64,000 nucleotides of DNA. Origin: Terriglobia bacterium. GTDB taxonomy: Bacteria; Acidobacteriota; Terriglobia; 20CM-2-55-15. Below the pieces are notes generated by a model that was not told where the DNA came from, searched no databases, and was given only the letters and a program-made list of their open reading frames with translations. The stretch lies in contig CBDAOY010000009.1 in assembly GCA_965198225.1 (NCBI GenBank), positions 736,001 through 800,000 on the forward strand, in the 5' to 3' direction. The translations under genes were made by a program, and so were the position numbers. This document shows, one piece after another, positions 42,845 through 53,169 of this stretch; the stretch's first letter is position 1, and the number at the start of each line of letters is the position of its first letter.

Positions 42845-45469
42845 GTGTCGCTCGCAGCAGGCACACGCCTGGGTCCATACGAAATCGCCGACCAACTCGG
42901 TGCGGGCGGTATGGGAGAGGTGTATCGCGCCACCGACACCCGCCTCGACCGAACTGTAGCCATCAAAGTCCTGCCTGAACACCTCGCCTCCGACCCGCAA
43001 CGTCGGGAGCGCTTCGAGCGTGAAGCCAAAGCCGTCAGCAGCCTGAACCACCCGCACATCTGCACGCTCCACGACATCGGCGAACAGGACGGCATCCACT
43101 ACCTCGTCATGGAGTTGGTGGAGGGCGAGACGCTCCAGCAACGCTTGGAGAAAGGACGCCTGCCGCTCGATCAGGCACTGGAATACGCCATCCAGATCGC
43201 CGACGCCCTGGACAAAGCCCACCGGCAGGGCGTGGTCCACCGGGATCTGAAACCCGGAAACATCATGATCACGAAGTCGGCCGGTGTGAAGCTGCTCGAC
43301 TTCGGGCTGGCAAAGTTGAAGGGCGATGCTGCTGAAGTCTCACCACTGTCCCAGATGCCCACCCAGGACCCATCAGCACCCCTCACAGCCGAAGGGACCA
43401 TCATCGGCACGCTCCAGTACATGGCTCCCGAGCAATTGGAGGGTAAGGAAGCCGATGCCCGGACGGACATCTTCGCGTTCGGTGCTGTCGTGTACGAGAT
43501 GATCACGGGCAAGAAAGCGTTTGAGGGAGCGAGTCAGGCGAGTTTGGTCGGCGCGATTATGAATCAACAGCCAGCGCCGGTCACCGAGGTTCAGCCCGTT
43601 TCGCCACCTATGCTCGATCACGTCATCACGGCATGTCTCGCCAAGAATCCTGAAGATCGCTGGCAAACCGGTACGGACCTCGGGCGTGAACTCAAGTGGA
43701 TCGACGAAGTCGGAGCCCAGAACGGAACCGTTGCCGTCGAAACCGGGCACGGCGGTCGGGAGCGGGTCGCGTGGGTCGCGGCTACTGCCGTCCTGTTGAT
43801 CGCTTTGCTCATTCTGGTCACCACGAGAGTTGAGCCCCCAGCTGGAGCACCCGAAGCGGTTCGCTTTGCACTTTCCTTGCCGCCCGAGACCGTTCCCACC
43901 TCGACCCGGATCTCTCCCGACGGCAGCCGTCTGGCATACATCGCGCCGCGGTCTGACGGTACGAAAGTCGTATGGGTCCGTGCTCTGGGTTCTGTGGAGG
44001 CTCAACCGCTCGCGGGCACGGAGGGTGCCGGCAGTCTTTTCTGGTCGTCGGACAGCGCCCGACTGGGTGTAAATGTTTTGGGGCAGTTGCAGTCAATCGA
44101 CCTTGCCGTGGGGTCTCCCCAGACGGTGCACGACGGCATCTTCTCCCATGGAATTTGGAACGGTGACGGCGTCATCGTCTTCCGTGATCAGACTCAAAGG
44201 CAAATGTACCGCGCTCGGTCTGGAGGCGGCGAAGTCACGCTGTTGGACGTGGGCAACGGACTGGGAATCCCCATGGACTTTCTGCCAGACGAGGATCACT
44301 TCCTCTATAGGGCGGGTCCTTCTGTCTACATTGGTTCGCTCGAATCCGGGGAATCAAGCTTCCTATTCGACAGCCCATCCCCCGTCCTGTACTCCGACGG
44401 CTACCTCCTGTTTGTCCGGGGTGGAGCGTTGATGGCGCAACGTTTCGATCCAATCCAACTGAAGGTGGATGGGGAACCACAAGTCATCGACCAGCAGGTG
44501 GTTTCCCCGGACGTCACCCGACGCTACGACACGGCGTTCTCCGTTTCGCAGGACGGGACGTTGGCTTTTCGGCCCGGGACGGGTGTGGATGGACAATTGG
44601 TCTGGTCCGATCGCACGGGAGGCGAACTGGGTCGGATACAACAGCCACAATCGGGCGAGTATGTGAATCCATCGATCTCGCCGGACGGTCGACAGATTGC
44701 CGTGAACCGCAAGGACCCGTCGTCCGGGAACGTGGATATCTGGTTGATCGACGCGGAACGGGGCAGTCCTGAACGCTTTACGACGGACCCATCCTTCGAT
44801 GGGGATGCAGTCTGGTCCCCAGACGGCCGTCGGATTGCATTTAGCTCGAACCGAAGCGCACGGTGGGGCATCTGGGTGAAGGACGTCGCCGGGGGGGATG
44901 CGGAGTTACTAACGGATGTAGGGGTCCGCCGAATCACGCACTGGTCGAAGGACGGGCAGTTCATTCTTTACGATCACACCAGTTCCGATCGCGATGGTGA
45001 CGTGTGGGTACTGCCGGTTTCCGGAGAAGAGGAGCCGTGGCCCCTGTTGGATTCCGAGTTCATCGAGTATGGAGCGCGTTTCTCGCCGGACGGGAGTTGG
45101 GTTGCCTACAACTCCACCGAAACGGGCAAGTATGAAGTCCATGTCGCGAGCTTCCCGGGTGGCCGGGACAGACAACGTATCTCGCCTGGCGGAGGGGTTC
45201 ACCCGAGGTGGCAGGGCGATGGCAGCCGGCTGTTCTACGACAGCAGGAGTTTCGTGATGAGTGTCGCCATGGAAGTCGATTCTTCCGGACTTCAGATCGG
45301 TGTCTCTGAAGTGGCCATCGAGCCAAGGATCATGTTCTTAAGTGACAGTCGGAACCATTACGCAGTCACTCCTGACGGCGAGCGCCTCCTGTTGCGACGA
45401 CCAAGCCTCGATCCCCCACCGACCACCATCATCACCAACTGGACCTCCCTCCTCGAAGAAAACCAATGA
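42845..45469 (+). CDS. Ser/Thr kinase-TM-PD40 propeller protein K6 (intact, paralog of K1)
   Basis: GAGGMG, HRDLKPGN, DFG, GTLQYMAPE; TM; propeller; ends NWTSLLEENQ. Confidence 0.93.
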   Translation: MSLAAGTRLGPYEIADQLGAGGMGEVYRATDTRLDRTVAIKVLPEHLASDPQRRERFEREAKAVSSLNHPHICTLHDIGEQDGIHYLVMELVEGETLQQRLEKGRLPLDQALEYAIQIADALDKAHRQGVVHRDLKPGNIMITKSAGVKLLDFGLAKLKGDAAEVSPLSQMPTQDPSAPLTAEGTIIGTLQYMAPEQLEGKEADARTDIFAFGAVVYEMITGKKAFEGASQASLVGAIMNQQPAPVTEVQPVSPPMLDHVITACLAKNPEDRWQTGTDLGRELKWIDEVGAQNGTVAVETGHGGRERVAWVAATAVLLIALLILVTTRVEPPAGAPEAVRFALSLPPETVPTSTRISPDGSRLAYIAPRSDGTKVVWVRALGSVEAQPLAGTEGAGSLFWSSDSARLGVNVLGQLQSIDLAVGSPQTVHDGIFSHGIWNGDGVIVFRDQTQRQMYRARSGGGEVTLLDVGNGLGIPMDFLPDEDHFLYRAGPSVYIGSLESGESSFLFDSPSPVLYSDGYLLFVRGGALMAQRFDPIQLKVDGEPQVIDQQVVSPDVTRRYDTAFSVSQDGTLAFRPGTGVDGQLVWSDRTGGELGRIQQPQSGEYVNPSISPDGRQIAVNRKDPSSGNVDIWLIDAERGSPERFTTDPSFDGDAVWSPDGRRIAFSSNRSARWGIWVKDVAGGDAELLTDVGVRRITHWSKDGQFILYDHTSSDRDGDVWVLPVSGEEEPWPLLDSEFIEYGARFSPDGSWVAYNSTETGKYEVHVASFPGGRDRQRISPGGGVHPRWQGDGSRLFYDSRSFVMSVAMEVDSSGLQIGVSEVAIEPRIMFLSDSRNHYAVTPDGERLLLRRPSLDPPPTTIITNWTSLLEENQ

Positions 45470-48135
45470 CCCCCGGCAGCCAACTCGGCAGCTACGAGAT
45501 CCTGTCCCCGCTCGGAAAGGGCGGTATGGGCGAGGTGTGGCGTGCTCGGGACTCGAAGCTCGGACGCGAAGTCGCCATCAAGACGTTGCCTGAAGAGTTC
45601 GCTCAAGACGAAGAACGTCTGGCTCGGTTTGAGCGTGAAGCAAAGCTGCTGGCGTCGTTGAACCATCCGAACATCGCAGCCATCTACGGTCTGGAAGAAC
45701 ACAACGGCACGCGGTTCCTCGTCCTCGAACTGGTTGAAGGTGACACGCTAGCGGATCGGCTGAAGCACGGTGCCATTCCGGTTGAAGAATCCCTCAAGCT
45801 CGCCCTCCAGATTGCTGAAGCCCTTGAGGCCGCGCACGAGAAGGGCGTCATTCACCGCGATCTCAAGCCGTTGAACATCAAGGTCACTCCCGAGGGCAAG
45901 GTGAAGGTGCTGGACTTCGGGCTGGCCAAGGCGTTCATGGGCGACGGGGAGGATGTGAATCTGTCGCAGTCACCGACGCTGAGTATGCAGGCAACCGCGC
46001 AGGGAGTGATTCTTGGCACCGCCGCGTACATGTCGCCTGAGCAGGCGCGTGGCGTAACGGTAGACAAGAGGGCCGACATCTGGGCGTTCGGGTGTGTCCT
46101 GTACGAGATGCTCACGGGCCGCCAGGTGTTCAAGGGTGAGTTGATGTCGGATGTAATGGCGTCGGTATTGAAGTCCGACCCCGACTACAAGGGTTTACCG
46201 CCTGCAATTCATCCGCAACTACGAGCGGTCTTGCGACGATGTCTGGAGAAGGAACCGAAGCAGCGGTGGCATGACGTTGGCGATGTGCGGATCGAGCTGG
46301 AGCAGGTATCAGCAGACCCGAGCGGGACGCTGGTCGTCCAGCCCGTTGCCGAGACGCTTGCAACGCAATCGAAACTGCCGTGGGTCGCTGCGATGGTTGT
46401 AGTGGCTTTCATCGCCGGCATAGCCGCCTGGACCCTGAAACCAGTCCCGCCACCCGACCCCCGGCCGGTGAGTCGCCACAGGCACGACCTCCCCGAGGGG
46501 ATCGATACCGGTGTGAACACCATCGCCGTGTCACCGGACGGCCAATACTATGTCTACAAGGGCACGGATGCACTCTACCTGCGATCCAGGAACGAACTGG
46601 AAGCCCTCGTGATCGCAGGAACCGAAGGTAATGTGTACAACCCGTTTTTCTCCCACGACAGCCAGTCGGTGGGTTTCTGGAACCGGGAGGGCCGGATCGA
46701 AAAGATCGCCATCAGCGGCGGCACGCCGATTCCGATCGGCCCTGCCCCCCAGAATCCACAAGGAATCAGCTGGGGGGCGGACGACATCGTTCTCTTTTCC
46801 CAACGCGACGGGATCTATAGCGTCTCGGCCAACGGCGGCACGCCAGATCGGATCATTGAGGCCCGGGACGGTGAACGGTTGAGCAGCCCCACGGTCCTGC
46901 CCAGCTGGCGGGAAATCCTGTTCACCTCACACCCCCCCGGTGTTCGGTGGGACAACGCCGAAATCGTCGTCGCGTCGTTGGACGCAACCGAGGATCGAAC
47001 GGTGGTGTGGAACGGAAGCGCGGCCAGCTACGCACCGACCGGACATTTGATCTACGCCCTGGGCAATGACCTGTTTGCGATCGCATTTGATCCAGACACG
47101 CTGGAAACTTCCGGGACAGCGGTGTCATTAGAACAGGGACTGGCGAGGGCGACATTCGGTGGTGATAGTGCGAACTACGGTATATCTGAGGACGGTTCGC
47201 TGGTGTACCGGGCGGACCCTGGGCCAATTCAACAGCGAGTCCTGGTATGGGTGGACGCCGAAGGCAACGAGACGCCGGTGGGCGCGCCGATTGATGATTA
47301 CCGTCATACCTCGGTTTCCCCGGACGGGAGTCGCGTGGCTCTGACGATCAACGATGGCACACAGAGTGACATCTATGTCTGGAACTTCGCCCGCCAGACC
47401 CCGACCCGGTTGACGTTCGATGAAGCAGACGACGGCCGTCCGATTTGGACGCCGGATAGTGATCAGATCATCTTCCGATCTCTGCGGGACGGTTCAGGCA
47501 ACATTTACCGCAGACGCGCCGACGGAACCGGAACCGTGGAACAACTCACCGAAGGCACCCTCAACAAGGTTCCTCGATCCTTGTCGTCGGACGGGGCGAC
47601 TCTGGCGTTCCACCAAACCGGCGGGCCCGCGGCGAATGACATTCTGATGCTGGACCTCGGTTCAGGCACGTCCGGTGAAGCAAACCGAGAACCTGTGATG
47701 TGGTTGCAGACGGAGTTCGGCGAGGCGGATCCGATGATTTCTCCCGATGGACAATGGGTCGCCTACAATTCCATTGAGTCGGGACGCAACGAGATCCATG
47801 TACGGCCGTTTGCCGATGCGGGTCAATGGCAGGTTTCGAGGGCCGGGGGCGGCAACCCCCTGTGGTCGCCCGACGGCCAGTGGCTGTACTACCGTTCTCC
47901 CCCTACCGGAGGCATCAACCAGATGATGCGGGTCGCCATTGACGCGGATACGGCGTTTGAGTTCGGCAACCCGGAACCCCTGTTTGACTATCCCATCTCT
48001 GGTGCGGGGATCTCACCCGATGGCCGCTTCCTGCTGATGAGGGATGTCGAAGTCGAAACCGAACCCTTCCGCCCCCACATCATCACCGTCCTGAACTGGT
48101 TCGAAGAACTGAAGGAACGGGTGCCGGTGCCTTAA
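45466..48135 (+). CDS. Ser/Thr kinase-TM-PD40 propeller protein K7 (intact)
   Basis: All kinase motifs present; ATGA-coupled to K6; ends NWFEELKERVPVP. Confidence 0.93.
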   Translation: MTPGSQLGSYEILSPLGKGGMGEVWRARDSKLGREVAIKTLPEEFAQDEERLARFEREAKLLASLNHPNIAAIYGLEEHNGTRFLVLELVEGDTLADRLKHGAIPVEESLKLALQIAEALEAAHEKGVIHRDLKPLNIKVTPEGKVKVLDFGLAKAFMGDGEDVNLSQSPTLSMQATAQGVILGTAAYMSPEQARGVTVDKRADIWAFGCVLYEMLTGRQVFKGELMSDVMASVLKSDPDYKGLPPAIHPQLRAVLRRCLEKEPKQRWHDVGDVRIELEQVSADPSGTLVVQPVAETLATQSKLPWVAAMVVVAFIAGIAAWTLKPVPPPDPRPVSRHRHDLPEGIDTGVNTIAVSPDGQYYVYKGTDALYLRSRNELEALVIAGTEGNVYNPFFSHDSQSVGFWNREGRIEKIAISGGTPIPIGPAPQNPQGISWGADDIVLFSQRDGIYSVSANGGTPDRIIEARDGERLSSPTVLPSWREILFTSHPPGVRWDNAEIVVASLDATEDRTVVWNGSAASYAPTGHLIYALGNDLFAIAFDPDTLETSGTAVSLEQGLARATFGGDSANYGISEDGSLVYRADPGPIQQRVLVWVDAEGNETPVGAPIDDYRHTSVSPDGSRVALTINDGTQSDIYVWNFARQTPTRLTFDEADDGRPIWTPDSDQIIFRSLRDGSGNIYRRRADGTGTVEQLTEGTLNKVPRSLSSDGATLAFHQTGGPAANDILMLDLGSGTSGEANREPVMWLQTEFGEADPMISPDGQWVAYNSIESGRNEIHVRPFADAGQWQVSRAGGGNPLWSPDGQWLYYRSPPTGGINQMMRVAIDADTAFEFGNPEPLFDYPISGAGISPDGRFLLMRDVEVETEPFRPHIITVLNWFEELKERVPVP

Positions 48136-48149
48136 GCGGCCCGGATCTG

Positions 48150-48189
48150 CACTCCAACTCCCGATAAGCCTTCTCGGAGATGTGGATTC
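48150..48189. repeat. Degenerate hairpin site H7
   Basis: Right arm TTCTCGGAGATGTGGATTC; left arm and GTCG core degraded. Confidence 0.55.
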
Positions 48190-48335
48190 TGACTGATACG
48201 CGCAGAGAAAATGAAAGTCTTGTAGCCCAACGGCCGCGAACACCACTTGCGCAACAGCGGCCGCACATATCGTATTGACCGCCTCTGTGGACGTGATAGC
48301 AAGCCCGGCCAAGCTTCGTAGCAACAAATTGCCAT

Positions 48336-48611
48336 CTAGAGTCCTGAGTCAGAAATACGTTCACTATCTCCGATGGATGTTGCCAGCTGCCCGGGGGGCG
48401 TTGAATCGATCGACAACGGGGGCATGCACGCGACCGGCTCGGCCCTCACGACCCGCAACTTCCATCGGCCCTGCGGGTTCGGGCGGAACGGCGCCGTCTT
48501 TGGAGTCGCTCCTCCTCGCAATGAATGAGCATTGGCTCGTCGTCGCTCCGCCAAATCCAGCGTCGTTGCGCTCCGAAATATAGCAACCGTATTTCTGACT
48601 CAGGACACTAG
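48336..48611. mobile_element. MITE-like non-autonomous element
   Basis: Perfect 19 bp inverted repeats GTCCTGAGTCAGAAATACG (48341-48359; 48588-48606), CTAG outside both ends. Confidence 0.75.
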
Positions 48612-48710
48612 TAACCCCTTCACTGTTTGACACTTGCTCCATTGGTGGTGTGCTTACGAAGCCTGGACAGGCCGGGTTTGGAGTGCGATACGGAACCAGC
48701 TAATACTAAG

Positions 48711-49001
48711 TTAGGCGACTTGCGACCGGCGGGAGGACTTCATTACGACACGGACTTCAACGCCAAAACTGGCAAGCATGTCGATGAGCATATCGGTACT
48801 GAACAGATCCAGGCGCCCCTGGAGTAGGTTGCTGACGCGCGGCTGGCTGACTCCGAGGACCTCAGCGACCTCCCCTTGTTTCAGGCGGCGTGAGGCAATT
48901 CGTTTTTGAAGCTCAACCATGAGTTCTGCCCGAACCAGAAGGTGTTCTGACTTTTCATTGCTCGCTCTTCTGGTCGATTTCGCGCTATTTTTTCGAGGCA
49001 T
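48711..49001 (-). CDS. XRE/HigA-like HTH antitoxin
   Basis: LKQGEVAEVLGVSQPRVSNLLQGRLDLFSTDMLIDML; downstream of the toxin. Confidence 0.85.
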   Translation of the reverse strand: MPRKNSAKSTRRASNEKSEHLLVRAELMVELQKRIASRRLKQGEVAEVLGVSQPRVSNLLQGRLDLFSTDMLIDMLASFGVEVRVVMKSSRRSQVA

Positions 49002-49335
49002 TCTTACTCCGTCGTCTGTCAAGCAAGGCGCGGTAGCGCTCGCGGGCTAGATCCAATTGTCGCTTCGGCGTCTTCTGGGATTTCTTTTCGAATGCATGCA
49101 GTACATAAATTGCCTCGGCAAAACTCGCCGTGTAGAGCACTCGATGCTCCCGACCAGTACGAATTCGAATCTCCCTTACGCCAGAACCCACGGTGGACAT
49201 CGGCTTCCAGTCATTCGGAACAAGACCTTGCTGGACCCGGTAGAGCTGCAAACCGAGGACTTGGCGGGCAGCACTGGGAAAGGCCCGCACATCGCGTCGC
49301 GAAGAGCCGAGCCACTCAATTGGTTTGTCCGACAC
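48985..49335 (-). CDS. RelE/ParE-superfamily toxin (HigB/Gp49-like)
   Basis: DWKPMSTVGSGVREIRI..RVLY..IYVLHAFEKKSQKTP. Confidence 0.9.
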   Translation of the reverse strand: MSDKPIEWLGSSRRDVRAFPSAARQVLGLQLYRVQQGLVPNDWKPMSTVGSGVREIRIRTGREHRVLYTASFAEAIYVLHAFEKKSQKTPKRQLDLARERYRALLDRRRSKNASKK

Positions 49336-49374
49336 GACGTATTATACAAGTATTAGTATATTCAGGCAAGTCGT

Positions 49375-49955
49375 CTGCGCATTGGGACCACGTCGAGGGA
49401 CACGCGGCTATGAAGCGAATGACCGGTGCGCAGGTTGTTGCGCTCGGCGGCGACGCTGTGGCGCTCCAATCAGGCAAGGACAACTCGGCCCTCGGGGCCC
49501 GAGGCTGGGAGCCTGTCACGGTGGATCGCGTGGTCGAGGACGGTGACACGGTTGCGCTGGGTGGAGTGACGTTGCGCGCCCTCTGGACGGGGGGCCACAC
49601 GCAAGGAGCAACGATGTGGATGACAACCGTCCAGGAGGGTGGGGACACCTACTCGGTCGCCTTCCGCGGCGGCGAAATTCCGAACCCGGGGGTTCAGCTC
49701 TTCAACAATCCCCGGCACCCGACGGTTGTCGCCGACACGCAGAGGACGCTTCAAAGGCTGAAGGAGCTCAAACCTCCCGACCTCTTCCTCCACAATCACC
49801 CGCAGAATCCGCCCCGCGAGTTGGACCCGGCTCTTCCTGTCGACCCGAGGTGTGTAACCTGCTTTGACGCGGAAGGGTGGAGGAGTCTCGTGGCGCGTGT
49901 CGAAGCCAGATTCGAAGCGATGCTCCGGGAAGCGGGGGGCCGACCGGACCGTTAG
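49375..49955 (+). pseudogene. Subclass B3-like metallo-beta-lactamase, N-terminally truncated
   Basis: AHWDHVEG (partial HxHxDH), VDRVVEDGDTVALGG, GHTQG; no N-terminus. Confidence 0.7.
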
Positions 49956-49982
49956 GGTGAGAGTTGCCACCGGGGCGCCGGC

Positions 49983-50078
49983 CAGTCGACACCGAAACCG
50001 CCGCGACCGCTCCGATCCTCGTCCAGAACTTCTTCGAAGAGTTGAAGCGTCTGGTTCCGACGGACAATTAGCAGCAAT
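49983..50078 (+). repeat. Kinase 3' remnant, near-identical copy of 27493-27588
   Basis: About 5 mismatches in 96 bp by eye; encodes NFFEELKRLVPTDN*. Confidence 0.88.
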
Positions 50079-50159
50079 ATCCCGGGCACCGCGCGCGGCA
50101 GCTAACGAAGGACTGTCTCCGGCCGGCGATCCGTGTCCCGATCCACGTAATGTCAGTGA

Positions 50160-51149
50160 TCAGGGCGTGCCGCGCAGCCGGGGCGCGCCTTCGGGCAGCT
50201 TGCCTTTCGGAACGCTGATATAACCCCGAACCCAGTCGGGTTTGTTCGTGATCTCGTTCAGAACCAGTTCATAGGGAATTCGATCCGTACCGACGTAGAA
50301 GTTCACCGGCGTGTTTTGAGGAATATCCTTGCGTTCCACCCCGGTGTCATCGGCATAGATGCGAATGTCCGCATCGGGGGCATCGCCTCCATCGGTATCC
50401 CGCAGTTCCAGAACAATGCCGGCCACTGGTGTCCGGACATTCTTTTGCAAATCCACGGTCGCATAGTCACGCTCCCCGCGGCGGCGCAGCTCTTCGACTC
50501 CCGTCATGTTGGTCGCGACCATTTGCCCCTGCTCGTTCACCTCGACGCCTAAACTCGAGAGTTCCGCCATGGTGTCGATGAGGTCCTGACGGGTGCTCTG
50601 GACGTCCCCCTTCACGGTCGTGATTTCCTGATCGACATCTTCAAACCGTTGTCCCGATTCCCGTTCGAGGTCAACCACTTCCTCGAGACTGGCTTTGCGC
50701 TCGATTTCACGCGCGAGGGCCTCGACATTGCGGTCCTGCTCCTCCTTTAATCGATCCGCCAGGGCCCGGGCCCTCCCCAGCTCCGTCTGGGTGACTCCGA
50801 CTCGATCCATCGTCACCTGAATCTGGGATCCCAGCGTCGCCATCCGATCACCACTTTCCGTGAGCCTGCTTCCGACGACTTCGAGTGACTGGTCCAGAGC
50901 GTCCATTCGAGTTTCGAAATCCTCTCTCAGGAGCGCCTGCTCCTCACTCATCTGCTCACTCAGCTGATTGACGCCGTATGCAAGCCCCGCTCCAAGAATC
51001 AACGCGGCGACAGCGATCGCCGTCACCGTCCAAAAGGCTCTCTTCGAAACGAGCGGATTCGAACTTTCGTTTGCGGATGGCTGATGCTTGGGCGGCACGG
51101 AATCGTCCAGGTTCAGGGGGGCCTTCGATGAGTTGTCTTTGTCTGCCAT
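50160..51149 (-). CDS. Membrane-anchored coiled-coil protein, function unknown
   Basis: One TM (FWTVTAIAVAALILGAGLAYGV), long heptad region, small beta C-terminal domain. Confidence 0.7.
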   Translation of the reverse strand: MADKDNSSKAPLNLDDSVPPKHQPSANESSNPLVSKRAFWTVTAIAVAALILGAGLAYGVNQLSEQMSEEQALLREDFETRMDALDQSLEVVGSRLTESGDRMATLGSQIQVTMDRVGVTQTELGRARALADRLKEEQDRNVEALAREIERKASLEEVVDLERESGQRFEDVDQEITTVKGDVQSTRQDLIDTMAELSSLGVEVNEQGQMVATNMTGVEELRRRGERDYATVDLQKNVRTPVAGIVLELRDTDGGDAPDADIRIYADDTGVERKDIPQNTPVNFYVGTDRIPYELVLNEITNKPDWVRGYISVPKGKLPEGAPRLRGTP

Positions 51150-51517
51150 TCTCGTTCGCTCCTCAAACGGAGGCTGCAATCGGTTGTCGTTTCCCTGTCT
51201 TTCGTGCAGGGCTGGGACCGCGGTTCGAATACGCGCTTACTGGAAACCTGACGGCCCAGGGTCTGGAGCCCGGCAGGTGTCACGATCATCGATCCAATCC
51301 TGATGTACGACGACGATGTCACTCCCCGGCTTCAGAATCCAGCGGAAAACCGCCGGCCCGAGGGTCCGGTTGACAGTATTCGTACTGGAACTTCATTTTG
51401 GGAGGCGAGGGATCCTACTGTGTGTCAGGTGTCCGGTTACCTGGCCTTACAACCGAGTGGTTGCCTGATGTGCCATTCTGATTGACCTCAAATCCCGCCT
51501 GTCGTTTCATTCATCCA

Positions 51518-51637
51518 ATGCAACCCGGCACGCAGCTTGGCCATTACGAGATCCTGTCCGCGCTCGGCAAGGGCGGGATGGGGGAGGTGTGGCGAGCGCG
51601 GGACTCCAAACTCGGACGTGAAGTCGCTATCAAGGTA
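51518..51637 (+). pseudogene. Kinase 5' remnant
   Basis: [40 protein letters not shown] then unrelated sequence. Confidence 0.9.
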
Positions 51638-51899
51638 GTCCACCGCCGATCCATCCAGCCCGTTGACCCCGTTCAGGCCAACTGAACGGACCCTCGTGTT
51701 TTTCCTGTCCGCTCCCAGTTGTTGTGTGGTAGTGGTACAGGTCAACAAAGTTTTTAATAATCCACAAGAAGAGGGCGAGGACCGGTGGGTGGCGTTTCCT
51801 AGACCCACGTGATCTTCCAGTACTCCATTAATTTATGGTGCGCTGAATCTATTCAATAGAAGATCAAATAAAAAATGTATCTCAAACCGTGAGGTAGTT

Positions 51900-52994
51900 G
51901 TGGACTTAAGGCGTAGAGATTTTCTGAAAATTATGCCTCTCAGTGTACTTGTGCCGGGACAATTTCAATCCGGAGAGCTCAAAAGCCAGGACTCGAATCA
52001 AATTGAACAGCTTTACGAAAAAGCCATTGTAATAGATGCCCTCATCTCAGCCCGGGATTGGGATGAAGATTGGTTGAAGGCTGTCGAGCAGTCAGGTTAT
52101 ACCGGGCTTCTGACTTCTCTTTCTACTGGGAATTTGACAGCTGCCCTTAGAGATTTGGCCACGTGGGATCAGCGTATTCAAGATAACCCCGACAAGCTTG
52201 TCAGAGCTGTTTCTGCAGCAGATTTCGAACGCGCAAAGCGTGATGGCAAGCTGGCGATGATGTTCGGTTTTCAAAATGCCACGATGATTGGAAATGAAAT
52301 AGATAATTTAGAAAACTTGTACGAGAACGGCACCCGCTGGATTCAGTTGACGTACAACGAACGAAACCTCCTTGGTGATGGCTGCACAGAGCGTACGAAC
52401 GCCGGACTGTCTGATTTTGGTGTTGCTGTGGTCGAGCGGATGAATCAATTGGGTATTATCGTGGATTTGTCACACTGCGGCCGCCAGACAACAATGGACG
52501 GCATACAATTCAGCAATCCCGGGCCGTGTTTCAACCATACTATGTGTGAGGCCCTGTACCCTGATCATCCTCGTGCCAAGACAGATGAGCAGATACGGGC
52601 AATGGCTGATAAAGGCGGGGTAATGGGAATTATCGCGCTCGGCTATATGATCGGCCCGGATCCGGGTGGAGAGACGACAATCGAAACTCATGCTGACCAT
52701 ATCGATCATGCGGTGAAGGTCGCAGGTATCGATCACGTGGGCCTGTCATCAGATTTTACAATCCGTGGGATTTCACGCGGGGTCACCCGTGAAAGCTGGT
52801 ATGTACCCCGTCTGACAAGTTTTAAGCCGTCTTATCAGGTCCGGTGGCCTCCGTGGATTCCTGAGTTGGAATCGCCTGAACGGTACAAGAATGTAGCTCG
52901 CGTGTTGGACCGCCGTGGTTATCGATCCGGTGATATTGAAAAAATATTAGGACTAAACTGGCTCCGGTTCTATCGCGAAGTATTGAAACCCTGA
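51900..52994 (+). CDS. Membrane dipeptidase (peptidase M19), Tat-exported
   Basis: RRRDFLK signal; IQLTYNERN, IIVDLSHCG, GIDHVGLSSDF, IEKILGLNWLR; visibly AT-richer. Confidence 0.9.
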   Translation: MDLRRRDFLKIMPLSVLVPGQFQSGELKSQDSNQIEQLYEKAIVIDALISARDWDEDWLKAVEQSGYTGLLTSLSTGNLTAALRDLATWDQRIQDNPDKLVRAVSAADFERAKRDGKLAMMFGFQNATMIGNEIDNLENLYENGTRWIQLTYNERNLLGDGCTERTNAGLSDFGVAVVERMNQLGIIVDLSHCGRQTTMDGIQFSNPGPCFNHTMCEALYPDHPRAKTDEQIRAMADKGGVMGIIALGYMIGPDPGGETTIETHADHIDHAVKVAGIDHVGLSSDFTIRGISRGVTRESWYVPRLTSFKPSYQVRWPPWIPELESPERYKNVARVLDRRGYRSGDIEKILGLNWLRFYREVLKP

Positions 52995-53043
52995 TTAATA
53001 AGGTTAGGAAGGCCTATCCAGGCACCGGAGGGGTAAATAACCG

Positions 53044-53076
53044 AAAGAACTGAAGGAACGGTCGCCGGTGCCGTAG
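53044..53076 (+). pseudogene. Kinase-propeller 3' remnant
   Basis: KELKERSPVP*. Confidence 0.7.
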
Positions 53077-53169
53077 CCTTCGCTGAGCGACCTTCCAACC
53101 ACCGCAACTCTCTTCCGACTACAGGAATCAGCAGTCCTCGACAATCCACGGGGATGTATGGCCGCCGAC

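Noticed and set aside
27493-50078. Diversity-generating retroelement TR/VR pair at the kinase C-terminus
   Set aside because: No reverse transcriptase in the window and the mismatches are not adenine-specific.
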